Assembly: GCA_029856155.1 (NCBI GenBank)
Contig: JAHQWL010000093.1
Span: 19,834 to 83,833, forward strand
Direction of reading: 5' to 3'
Source: Promethearchaeia archaeon
GTDB taxonomy: Archaea; Asgardarchaeota; Lokiarchaeia; Sigyniarchaeales; SOKP01
DNA length: 64,000 nt
Of this stretch, positions 50,256 through 59,805 are shown piece by piece (the first letter of the stretch is position 1; every line of letters starts with the position of its first letter). Made by a program: the position numbers and the translations under genes. The notes beneath the pieces are model-generated. The model was not told where the DNA came from. It did not search any database and was given only the letters and a program-made list of their open reading frames with translations.

Positions 50256-51455
50256 TTAAAAGTCAATATCCTTTCCTTCGTAAGCATAATAATAGATTTT
50301 TCTGTAATATTCGTCTGTAATAGATCTTGGGGTCATCACACTTGTGGCGTCTTGAAAACAACAAGCAACCAACATATCAATATTATTTTCAAAATCTTTT
50401 CTTGAAACTCCTAAATCTTGTAATTTAGATGGAGAATCAACTATCTTCTGCAGTTCTTTGATTTTATCGACAGCTTTAAATGCTGCTTTTTTGTCATCCT
50501 CATCCCATTTAGCCCATCCCAGCTGTTTAGCAATTTTAGAATATATTTCTAAGGTATCATCATCTTTATCAGGATTATTCAGGCAAAACTGTGAAATATA
50601 CGGGAGTAAAATTCCAACAGTTCTTCCGTGATGTGTGTGAAAGATAGCACCCCAACTATGCCCCATACCATGACCAATATGAACTTGAGAATTGCTGAAA
50701 GCTAAACCAGCCATAGTCGCTGCCTGATGTAGGTAATCTCTAGCCTCCATATTTTTCCCGTCTTTATAAACAATGGGCAAATATTTAAAAATGAGCTCTA
50801 TAGCTTTTAAGCCCATAGCATTTGAAAATTCATTCTTCCAATTAGAAACCATACCTTCAAAGGCATGAGATAAAGCATCAAAAGCAGTATCGATCGTCAA
50901 ATTTGGAGGCATATCTTTTGGAAAGATAGGATCCACTATAGCATACGTAGGAGTTATTCCCCTGTGAGCATAGATAAATTTTTTCCATATATCATCCTCA
51001 AGTCGAGAAATAATTGTTCCATTTGTTGCTTCTGAACCTGTTCCCGAAGTAGTTGGTATTGCAATAAATTTGGCTTTTTTACCAGTCTCATATAGATCAG
51101 ATCTAAAAAGATGAATATCACCAATGTTCAATTCTGGAAATTCATATAAAACCCATGCTGTTTTAGCAGTATCTATGACAGATCCTCCACCTAAAGCTAT
51201 AATCAGGTCGGGAGAATAAAAATTACACTGCTCTCTCGCCTTTAAAACGCCTTCTTCCCTTGGATCAGGAATAACTTCATTAAATATTTGGAATTTTTTA
51301 CCAAATTTTTCTAATTTTTCTGTTAATATTTTAAGATAACCTAATTCTTCAATATTTTTATCAGTAACAATATAGCATTTATTTCCCTTAATATTTTGAA
51401 GAAAATCAAGACTATCTTCTCCATAAATTATATTTGGACTATAGAAATACCACAT
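50256..51455 (-). CDS. Iron-containing alcohol dehydrogenase
   Basis: ALGGGSVIDTAK, IPTTSGTGSE, DALSHAFE, HGMGH and HG metal ligands. Confidence 0.92.
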   Translation of the reverse strand: MWYFYSPNIIYGEDSLDFLQNIKGNKCYIVTDKNIEELGYLKILTEKLEKFGKKFQIFNEVIPDPREEGVLKAREQCNFYSPDLIIALGGGSVIDTAKTAWVLYEFPELNIGDIHLFRSDLYETGKKAKFIAIPTTSGTGSEATNGTIISRLEDDIWKKFIYAHRGITPTYAIVDPIFPKDMPPNLTIDTAFDALSHAFEGMVSNWKNEFSNAMGLKAIELIFKYLPIVYKDGKNMEARDYLHQAATMAGLAFSNSQVHIGHGMGHSWGAIFHTHHGRTVGILLPYISQFCLNNPDKDDDTLEIYSKIAKQLGWAKWDEDDKKAAFKAVDKIKELQKIVDSPSKLQDLGVSRKDFENNIDMLVACCFQDATSVMTPRSITDEYYRKIYYYAYEGKDIDF

Positions 51456-51570
51456 AATTTTTCCTCTTGAAAAGTATTATGAATATTTTGAATATACTAC
51501 TTAAATATTAATAAAATTTGATTTTCATTAAAAATTGCTCTCTAATAAAAAAAATAGATGTAAAATTCTT

Positions 51571-51981
51571 TTATAGATATTCAGTTTCGAAGCGACCTAG
51601 ACTGTTCACAATTTCTAGTGCAGCCTTAGTGTGGCGCATTAGTTTTGCCATGTCCCCTTCAAGTCTTAATTTGCCAGCCATAATAGCTCGAATAGGGTCA
51701 ATTTCCTTTTTCATAACGGATACAAAATTATCATAAGGACCCGCCATGATGTATTCTGTTTCTATTTCTTCACCTTCTGGTACTTGTCTTGTTCCAGTGC
51801 ATTCTCCATGATGTAATCCGATAAATACTTTAACTACATGATCTAAATTACCGCTTGGTTCAATAACAAGGAGCATATCCCCTTCCCATGTTAAAGCTGA
51901 TGGTTTATAGTTTGGGTTTTCATTTATTGCTTTACCAAATGCTTTAACCCACTCTTCTGTTAAAATTTTCATATTTCTCAC
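51571..51981 (-). CDS. SCP2 sterol/lipid-binding domain protein
   Basis: IDPIRAIMAGKLRLEGDMAKLM SCP2 signature. Confidence 0.88.
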   Translation of the reverse strand: MRNMKILTEEWVKAFGKAINENPNYKPSALTWEGDMLLVIEPSGNLDHVVKVFIGLHHGECTGTRQVPEGEEIETEYIMAGPYDNFVSVMKKEIDPIRAIMAGKLRLEGDMAKLMRHTKAALEIVNSLGRFETEYL

Positions 51982-52071
51982 TTAAATTTTTTTTTAAATA
52001 ACTTCATTTACTATATAATTTCTTAATATATTAATTGTTAAAATTGAATTTAAGATTTCAATTTTTATAAT

Positions 52072-53271
52072 TTAAATTTGAGTTAAATCTATATGAATGT
52101 CCGTTAAAGGGTATGAAACACAAGGATGAATATAACCATAAACTTGATCAATTTCTCTAATTGTTACATTTGGGAGCATAAATATTTTACCGGAAACCAG
52201 TTTGGTTCTACATAATGCACATGCTCCTGAGCGACATCCATTATTTATGGTTATCCCTAAATCCTTTTCCCTTTCAAGGCTATTTAATATCGGTTCAACA
52301 CTTAATGCTTCAATTATTTCTCTAATCTTCTTTCCCTGATGAATAAAATCTATTGTGATTTTTATAGAATTTGAAGCTGTAATCTCTTTTGGCCAACCAA
52401 CTATCCCTGTAACATCATCAGGAACACCGTAAGATTCATAACTAACGCGATGTCTAGGGACTCCTAACTCTTTCATTTGTTCTTTTATAAAGGTATACAT
52501 CGCTCTATTTCCAACTATATAAAAGAATTTGTTTTCAATTGATTTTATCTCATCTAAAATCTTATCCTTTGTAATAAATCCACAAGCACCATTCCAACTT
52601 GGTTTTGGTTCTGAAAGTATATAATGAATTTTGATATTAGGGCGCCGTGTTTGTATATTTTCAAGTTCATCTCTAAATAATATATCTTCCTCGTTTAAAC
52701 ATCCAAAAAACAACCGAACATTCAGCTTTAAGTTTCGTTCAGTAATATCTCGCAAGATTGAAATGAATGGAGTAATCCCAGAACCTCCCGCTATAAAAAC
52801 TAAATCTTTACCATGAAAAATACGATTGTAATATAATTCTCCAAGTGGTTCTGTAGCTTCTAAGATATCTCCAACTTTTAATTTATCAAGTAAATATATG
52901 CTAACAAATCCTCCCTCTTTTCTTTTTACACCTAACTCATAATATGCAAGTTGATTTGGTGATGAGACAAGTGAAAAAGGTCGAGAAGTCCTAACACCAT
53001 TAATCTCCACTGTGATACCAATATATTGACCAGCTCTAAATGGTGCTAATGGTTTATTTGGCTTTGCTGAAATGAAACGAAATAATTTAGTATCATTAGA
53101 TAGTTGTTTTATATCAGTAACTTGCAGAATTTGCTTTTCTGGATGAATTCTATCGCATAAGTTTTCCAATCCATCAAAGTACCATGGAATTGGTTCAATT
53201 TCGTCTCGCCACTTTTTTAATTTTTCAAGTTTTTGATATTTCTTAACATCATTCATAATCTCTTTTTCCAT
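52072..53271 (-). CDS. FNR-type FAD/NAD(P) reductase with C-terminal 2Fe-2S ferredoxin domain
   Basis: FRAGQY, RPFSLVS, GFVS, AGGSGITPF, CRSGACALC...HPC. Confidence 0.9.
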   Translation of the reverse strand: MEKEIMNDVKKYQKLEKLKKWRDEIEPIPWYFDGLENLCDRIHPEKQILQVTDIKQLSNDTKLFRFISAKPNKPLAPFRAGQYIGITVEINGVRTSRPFSLVSSPNQLAYYELGVKRKEGGFVSIYLLDKLKVGDILEATEPLGELYYNRIFHGKDLVFIAGGSGITPFISILRDITERNLKLNVRLFFGCLNEEDILFRDELENIQTRRPNIKIHYILSEPKPSWNGACGFITKDKILDEIKSIENKFFYIVGNRAMYTFIKEQMKELGVPRHRVSYESYGVPDDVTGIVGWPKEITASNSIKITIDFIHQGKKIREIIEALSVEPILNSLEREKDLGITINNGCRSGACALCRTKLVSGKIFMLPNVTIREIDQVYGYIHPCVSYPLTDIHIDLTQI

Positions 53272-53274
53272 TAT

Positions 53275-54828
53275 CTACCACCTCCCTTCTTTATCATCCC
53301 TTAAATACATTCCAGCGGCAATTCTTCCACTGAGAATGCTTGTAGAGAATCCACCACCAACATTTGTCCAAGCACCACTCTGATATAATCCTGGGATCGA
53401 CCCTCGGCTTTTCAATCGAAGTGTTGGTCCATTTAAGAGATCTTGAGTATATCCATAGATGGCTCCTTCAATATTTTTTGAATAGCGATAATAAGTTAAG
53501 GGAGTGGCTCCCTCTGCTACTTCTATATACTCACGAATTTCTGGACAAAGGGTTTTTTCGACTAATTCAACCATTTTGTCAGTGATATAATCTTTAACTT
53601 TGAAATATTGATCGGGGGAGATTGATTGCCATAATTTGCCCATTTGTAATGTTGTTAGAACAAGTTGGGTTGTTCCAGGAGGAGATATATCTCCATAAAT
53701 GTGATTATAGCATGCTGCTACCATATATTTAGGAGGCTCTAACTTTGTAAATGTTTCATATGCTTTATTTAAATTATCAGTTTCATTAATGAATGTTTCA
53801 TGAGTATTCAATCCTAATTCTTTATAAGAAGCATTTAATCCTATATAAACTGAAAATGCAGATGGACCTATTTCTGGAGCATATATTTGTTTTTTGTAAT
53901 TATCTGGAACGACATCCTTGGGAAGCATCTTCATTGTTGTACATATTGGATTAACATTTGAAATTACTGCACTGCATTCATAAATATCACCATTAAGAAG
54001 TTCAACACCACAAACTCTCCCTTTTTGAACTAGTATTCGGTTAACTAAAGCATTATACCTAATTTCACCTCCTAATTCTTCAAAAGCTTTAACAATAGCA
54101 GTTGTAAAAGCATGTGATCTTCCCATTGGAAAAGCAGCACCCCATTTTAAATAAGTAATCAACATAGCAATAAATGCATATGCATTTAATCTAGAAGGAG
54201 GTAGACCCAAATATCCCCATAATTGTGCAATAATTGCCATTAAGCGTTTATCAGTAAAGAATTTATCAAATACCTCTTGCAATGTAAGCCCAGAAACCCG
54301 TACAAGCCAAGGATGTTCTTTAAGAACTTCTGCAGGTGAATATTGACCTCTTCTTCTTACCATAAATTCAATACCATCTAATACTTTTTGACACATATCT
54401 ATAAATTCCTCTATTCCCTTTTTCTCAGAGGGAAATAGTTCTATGAGTTTCTCAGTATATTCTTCTAGTCCGATAGGTAGAGTAACGTCATATCCATCTA
54501 AAAATACACTTCTATAAAATTCTGGAATTTGTTTGAATTGGATTTTGTCAGGAATTACTCCTATTTTCTCTAGAAATCGGTATAAGCTACCTTTATTGAC
54601 TTCTGTACCAATATCACTTAATTCATGTAAAGCACCTTCAAATTCAAACCTACCTCTTACAAAGGAAGTAGCAAAACCACCCGGGACATTATGTTTTTCC
54701 AGTAATAATACCTTTCTCCCTACAAGGGCAAGCTGACATGCAGCTCCCAGTCCTCCGAGACCCGCTCCAATAACAATAATAGGAAAGGTATCGACTACTC
54801 TACTTTCATCATATATACTATTATTCAT
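53275..54828 (-). CDS. Phytoene dehydrogenase/retinol-saturase-like FAD oxidoreductase (COG1233-type)
   Basis: IGAGLGGL, LEKHNVPGG, ATPLT..RY, GAIYG, GLYQSGAW. ATG at 54828 is preferred over TTG at 54897. Confidence 0.85.
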   Translation of the reverse strand: MNNSIYDESRVVDTFPIIVIGAGLGGLGAACQLALVGRKVLLLEKHNVPGGFATSFVRGRFEFEGALHELSDIGTEVNKGSLYRFLEKIGVIPDKIQFKQIPEFYRSVFLDGYDVTLPIGLEEYTEKLIELFPSEKKGIEEFIDMCQKVLDGIEFMVRRRGQYSPAEVLKEHPWLVRVSGLTLQEVFDKFFTDKRLMAIIAQLWGYLGLPPSRLNAYAFIAMLITYLKWGAAFPMGRSHAFTTAIVKAFEELGGEIRYNALVNRILVQKGRVCGVELLNGDIYECSAVISNVNPICTTMKMLPKDVVPDNYKKQIYAPEIGPSAFSVYIGLNASYKELGLNTHETFINETDNLNKAYETFTKLEPPKYMVAACYNHIYGDISPPGTTQLVLTTLQMGKLWQSISPDQYFKVKDYITDKMVELVEKTLCPEIREYIEVAEGATPLTYYRYSKNIEGAIYGYTQDLLNGPTLRLKSRGSIPGLYQSGAWTNVGGGFSTSILSGRIAAGMYLRDDKEGRW

Positions 54829-54967
54829 AAGAAATAATTCTATCAGATAACATTTAAAATTATAGATTTTAGGTATTAAAATTACATTTTTTAACAAATA
54901 AGAAAAAGAGAATAGTAATTTCTCTTTGGAATGAAGAGTTTACTATAGATTTTATTAAATTATTTGT

Positions 54968-55783
54968 TTAACGTCCAATAAATATAGGATCTCTTTTTTC
55001 TTTAATAGATTTCATAGATTCACTAAAATCTTTTGAAGTAAAAGCCTTTCTCAATGCTCTATTCTCCAAATCTAATGTTCTCTCTAATATATCTTTAAAA
55101 TAAGAATGCATTGTTTTTTTCATTAGCTTTAATGATAAAGATGCACCTTTAGGAGGGATTAACCTTAAAGCTTGTTCTCTAGCATAAGGTATTAGCTCGT
55201 CTGGTGGGAGGATTTTGTTGACGAGTCCTAGTTCATATGCTCTCTGTGCCGTAATTTCTTCACCAAAATAACAAATTTCTTTTGCTTTTTGAAAACCGAC
55301 TAATAATGGTAAAAGAAATGAACATGCAAATTCAGGTACTATCGCTCTTTTGGAGAAAAAAAATCCCAGCCAAGCATCTTCTGCCATAAAAATCAAATCC
55401 GCACAAGCTAAAGGCATAGTTATCCCGCCTCCTATAGCCATACCATTAATTGCAGCTATGACTGGCTTATTAAAATCCCAAAATTTCATACACACCTTTT
55501 TTTGTGCGATATCCATGATATCAATTTCTGGATACTTTCTCATTTCTTCCATCATTTCTGGTTTAAAATAACCACCAGATGTAAATGCATTTCCCTTGGG
55601 ATCTCCAGTTATTATTAGTACTTTAGCATTTCTATCTTTTTCCATATCTTCTAAAACAGTATATATTTCTAAGAAAGTGATATAAGTCACAGCATTCCTT
55701 CCTTCAGGTCTTGAAATTGTGGCAGTACATATACCATTATCTTCCTTCTCGTAAATAACATCTTCAAAATCTTCTATTCGCAT
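54968..55783 (-). CDS. Crotonase-family protein, probably enoyl-CoA isomerase type
   Basis: KPVIAAINGMAIGGG. The two hydratase Glu positions are absent (GITM, FFFS), and VPEFACS resembles the delta3,delta2-isomerase catalytic Glu position. Confidence 0.85.
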   Translation of the reverse strand: MRIEDFEDVIYEKEDNGICTATISRPEGRNAVTYITFLEIYTVLEDMEKDRNAKVLIITGDPKGNAFTSGGYFKPEMMEEMRKYPEIDIMDIAQKKVCMKFWDFNKPVIAAINGMAIGGGITMPLACADLIFMAEDAWLGFFFSKRAIVPEFACSFLLPLLVGFQKAKEICYFGEEITAQRAYELGLVNKILPPDELIPYAREQALRLIPPKGASLSLKLMKKTMHSYFKDILERTLDLENRALRKAFTSKDFSESMKSIKEKRDPIFIGR

Positions 55784-55899
55784 AATTAAATTTAAATTTT
55801 ATTGAGTATTGAATAATTTTTAATTTTTTGAATATTTATACTTAAGCTTATAGCCAATTTAAAGAAAAGATATAAAAAAAACTTTAATTATTTAATTCC

Positions 55900-57609
55900 T
55901 TATTTTTTTTCTTCTTCTCGTAGTGCCTTCTTTAAAACTTTTCCAACCATCGTAAGTGGTAGTTCTTCTCGGAAATTCCAGATCTTGGGAATCTCATATT
56001 TTGAGAGATTTTCTTCTGCGAATTTTTTAATACTTGCTTTAACTTCATCAGTGGATTCAACTCCTTCTTTAAGTTGAATAACAGCTTTCACAATTTCTGC
56101 TCCAGGTCTATCAGGATTAGGAATTCCTATTATAGCGAGAATTTGAATATCAGGATGTTTAGTCATCACTTCTTCAACATGAACACTATACACCTTGAAA
56201 CCACTTACTATAAGCATATCTTTTGTACGATCTACAATCTTTAAATAGCCATCTTCATCGAAAACGCCAACATCGCCCGTGTGAACATATCCATCTTTAT
56301 CAAATGTTATAACTGTTGCTTCAGGTTTATTATGATATTGTTTAACAACTGAGGGCCCTTTTATCAAGATTTCACCTGGTTGCCCAATCTCTTGTATTTC
56401 TGCTCCAGATTCAGTATCTATTAGTTTAATGTCTGTATCTGGCCATGGCAGTCCAACAGTTCCTATCTTTTTCTTACCATACATTGGATTAGCGGTTATT
56501 ACAACCGCAGTTTCAGTCATTCCATAAACCTCGACAAATTTATTCTCAGTGTGGAATTGTTTTTCAAATTCTCTTATAGCTTCTGGTGGAAAGGGTGCAG
56601 CACCGCTTACATATAAAGTAATATTATCTAATATTTCTGGTGGGATTTTTTTCGACATTGGATTACTCTGAATCATTAAAAACAGAGTCGGTACATTTCC
56701 AAAACTTGTGGGTTTTTTATCAATGATTTCTTTTATAATATGGTCAGTATCTCTAGGATTTGCTATTAATATTTGTGTTCCTCCTAGATAAACTAAAAAA
56801 AGTCCAATAAGGAATCCTGCAACATGAAAAAAAGGAAAAGCTGAAAGAAGTAGCTCTTTACCTTTCTCTCTATTGAGCCAGACATCAAATTGATGAATAT
56901 TTGCCATCAAATTTGAGTGAAGGATTTCTACTCCTTTAGGTAGTCCTGTTGTGCCACCTGTATATTGTATTAAAGCCAAATCTTTTTTAGGATCAATTTG
57001 TACTTTTTTTAAATCAATTTCAGTGTTCAATGCATCAAGAAAGGGAACCACAGTTTTTCCTGGCCATGGAATAATTTTTCCCTTAGGGATCTTTTTTATT
57101 AATTTACCCATGAAAACTTTAAAACCCCCGAAACCCATAAATTCTGAAATATTTGTTGGAACTATTACTTTTAAGTCATTTAAGCGATCATAAATCTTGG
57201 AAAAGACTTTTTCATGAAGAATATCCATAGTAACTAAAAATTTAGCACCTGAATCCTTCATTTGATATACCATTTCTTCTGGACTCAGTAATGGTGATAA
57301 TCCTGTAATAGTACCTCCAGCTATATATGTGGAGTAAACAGAAAACAAGTATTGAGGAGAATTAGGAAGACAAATTGCCAGTACATCCCCCTTATTTAAA
57401 CCATTTCTCTGCAAGAAGGTAGCAAATCTCTGGCAATATTCTAATATCTCTTTGAAAAGAAATGTGCGGTCCATGAAATGAAAACCTATATTGTCGCCAT
57501 ATTTGGTCATGCATTGGGTTAGCATTATTCCAATATCTTCTGTTGGATATGTTAAAGACGCTGGAACATGTTTATCATAAGATTTTAACCAAAATTTTTC
57601 TTTACTCAT
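55900..57609 (-). CDS. Long-chain fatty-acid--CoA ligase (FadD-like)
   Basis: QYTGGTTGLPKG, YGMTE, HTGD, DRTKDMLIVSGFKVY, VGKVL. Confidence 0.92.
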   Translation of the reverse strand: MSKEKFWLKSYDKHVPASLTYPTEDIGIMLTQCMTKYGDNIGFHFMDRTFLFKEILEYCQRFATFLQRNGLNKGDVLAICLPNSPQYLFSVYSTYIAGGTITGLSPLLSPEEMVYQMKDSGAKFLVTMDILHEKVFSKIYDRLNDLKVIVPTNISEFMGFGGFKVFMGKLIKKIPKGKIIPWPGKTVVPFLDALNTEIDLKKVQIDPKKDLALIQYTGGTTGLPKGVEILHSNLMANIHQFDVWLNREKGKELLLSAFPFFHVAGFLIGLFLVYLGGTQILIANPRDTDHIIKEIIDKKPTSFGNVPTLFLMIQSNPMSKKIPPEILDNITLYVSGAAPFPPEAIREFEKQFHTENKFVEVYGMTETAVVITANPMYGKKKIGTVGLPWPDTDIKLIDTESGAEIQEIGQPGEILIKGPSVVKQYHNKPEATVITFDKDGYVHTGDVGVFDEDGYLKIVDRTKDMLIVSGFKVYSVHVEEVMTKHPDIQILAIIGIPNPDRPGAEIVKAVIQLKEGVESTDEVKASIKKFAEENLSKYEIPKIWNFREELPLTMVGKVLKKALREEEKK

Positions 57610-57865
57610 TTGTTAACTCATCTACATTGACATTTTTGTAATATCTTTTTTATATAATAGAAATTAATTATTTACTATCTTTGTGAAAGTTTATAAAATT
57701 TGACATTATTTTTTTGAAGATTATTGATTTATATCTTTTTAAATAAGAAAATGAAAGTTAAGTCAATTTTTTCGGAGATCTTGCATTATAATCTGAGAAT
57801 AATAAGATTACAATTAAAATAGAAAGCTTAGAAGGTACTAAATTAAAGAAATAAAAAAAAGGATT

Positions 57866-59146
57866 TTAGAGTAATTTAAATATTTGTCTTAAGGCTAAAC
57901 TCATTATATATTGTTGAATTTGTCTTGTGCCGCCTCCAATTTCCTGTATTCTTGTTATACCGAGTAAATCTTGCATTAATGTATTATCACATACACCTGC
58001 TCCGCCCATGAGATTCGCGCATTCGTAAGCTGCTTTTTGACTTAATTTAGCACTTATTGATTTTAGTTGAGCTGCTGTAGCCATTAATGCTAAACTAAAT
58101 TCTTTAGGAAGGGCTCCATATTGTTTCACTTTTTTATCAACCATTTGGCATACGTTTAACGCAGATAAAGTAAGATTCATTGTCTCAGCCCATAAATCTG
58201 CTAAAGGAAATCCTACCCCTTGATATTTTAAAATTTCTCTGTCAAATTGTTTTCTCAAGTTAGCATATATTACGGCATGAGTTATAGCATTCCAAGCTTC
58301 AGCTGCGTTTAAAATAACAATTCCTAATCGTTCCAAATTTAATCCTTCAAAAAGATGTTCTCTCCCTTGACCTGGTTTGCCCAATACATATTCTGGAGGA
58401 ATTCTTAAATTAGTGAAGGTCTCTTTACCAATATAAATACGGGGAGTCCATGGAATATTAATTCTCTCCACTTTCCAACCATTCCAGCTTGTATCGACTA
58501 AAAATTGTCCCATTGTATTTCCGCTATTTTGTTCAGATACAGCATAAACTACTGCCCAATCTGCCTTAGGTCCGTTAGTTTGGTAAATTTTTACTCCATT
58601 TAAGATAAAACTTCCATCTTCTTGTTGGTCAGAAGTAGTTAGCATATGAACTGCATCAGAACCTCTTTCAGGTTCAGTGATACAAATACAACCATTTTTC
58701 TGCCCGGTGACTAATTCTTTTAATACCTTTAATCGAATCTCTATGTCCTCATGATGCACTAATAGAGGATTGATTGCTAACACGTTAGCTCCCATCCCCA
58801 TTGCAAGTTGTGGGTCAAAAAAATCGGTAGCCAATATTCTCATAAATTCAGCTGTAAAACCATAGGGTTCATAATTCAAATCAAGAATTTCGAAATTATT
58901 TAATCGTGTAACTAAACCCTCTTTGCCGATTTCAGGAATCCATTCATAAAAATCTTCATTATGAGAAATATTATTCCTCTTTTCAAAGCCTATAAAGAAC
59001 TTTTGAGCTTTCTTAAGAAAATCTAAATGTTCTTTTTCCAAAAAAGACATTAAGTTGTAATTCAAGAATTTGTATCGATTCTTTAAAGAAAGCTTTTCAA
59101 GTATCTCATCATTAATGCATTGAACTTCTCCTTTTTTTATAGCCAT
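57866..59146 (-). CDS. Acyl-CoA dehydrogenase (IVD-like active-site pattern)
   Basis: CITEPERGSD, KIYQTNG, GLNLERL, RKQF, MGGAG, EIGGGTRQIQ. Confidence 0.9.
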   Translation of the reverse strand: MAIKKGEVQCINDEILEKLSLKNRYKFLNYNLMSFLEKEHLDFLKKAQKFFIGFEKRNNISHNEDFYEWIPEIGKEGLVTRLNNFEILDLNYEPYGFTAEFMRILATDFFDPQLAMGMGANVLAINPLLVHHEDIEIRLKVLKELVTGQKNGCICITEPERGSDAVHMLTTSDQQEDGSFILNGVKIYQTNGPKADWAVVYAVSEQNSGNTMGQFLVDTSWNGWKVERINIPWTPRIYIGKETFTNLRIPPEYVLGKPGQGREHLFEGLNLERLGIVILNAAEAWNAITHAVIYANLRKQFDREILKYQGVGFPLADLWAETMNLTLSALNVCQMVDKKVKQYGALPKEFSLALMATAAQLKSISAKLSQKAAYECANLMGGAGVCDNTLMQDLLGITRIQEIGGGTRQIQQYIMSLALRQIFKLL

Positions 59147-59328
59147 TTATGTCAACTCATAAATTATAAAATATTTGCTTTTAGTGGTAATATCGACCAT
59201 TTCTCTTAAAATTAATTAATATATCACTATAAAGCAAAGAAAAGGAATTAGAAGTTTTTAAAATTATAAATACTACTCATCATAATATTAATCATTATAA
59301 AATTTACAAATAATTTAGGATTAATAAT

Positions 59329-59790
59329 ATGACTGAAAAAATTGTTGTTGCAAATAAAGGACTAATAAAAGCTGATTTTGCTTTTTGGGTTGGACGTTAT
59401 ATGGATAAATTATTTGATGCTTTTGAAAATAGGAAAATAGTTGGAAATAAATGCCCTAAATGTGGAGATGTTTTTGTTCCACCGAGAAAAATATGTGGAA
59501 AATGCAATGTTACGATCCCTTTTGATCAGAACTGGGTAAATTTACCAAATACTGGTATATTAAAGAATTATACTATAACTTATTATAAAATCAACGATAG
59601 AGCTAGTCGAAAGGTTAAAAAACCTCAAATTATTGGAATGGTGCAAATTGATGGAAGCAATACATCAATAATTTACCGTTTATTAGATATGGAACCAGAA
59701 GAAGTGAAAGTGGGAATGAAACTTAAAATTATGTGGGAAGAAAAACCTAAGGGAGACCCTTCAGATATTAAGGGTTTCGTTAAATTTTGA
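59329..59790 (+). CDS. DUF35 (Zn-ribbon/OB-fold) protein
   Basis: CPKC...PPR..CGKC plus OB fold. Confidence 0.9.
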   Translation: MTEKIVVANKGLIKADFAFWVGRYMDKLFDAFENRKIVGNKCPKCGDVFVPPRKICGKCNVTIPFDQNWVNLPNTGILKNYTITYYKINDRASRKVKKPQIIGMVQIDGSNTSIIYRLLDMEPEEVKVGMKLKIMWEEKPKGDPSDIKGFVKF

Positions 59791-59805
59791 GAGGTGATAA
59801 ATTAG

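Noticed and set aside
53275-54897. Carotenoid biosynthesis (crtI)
   Set aside because: No phytoene synthase or cyclase nearby; the context is catabolic, so only a family-level call is kept
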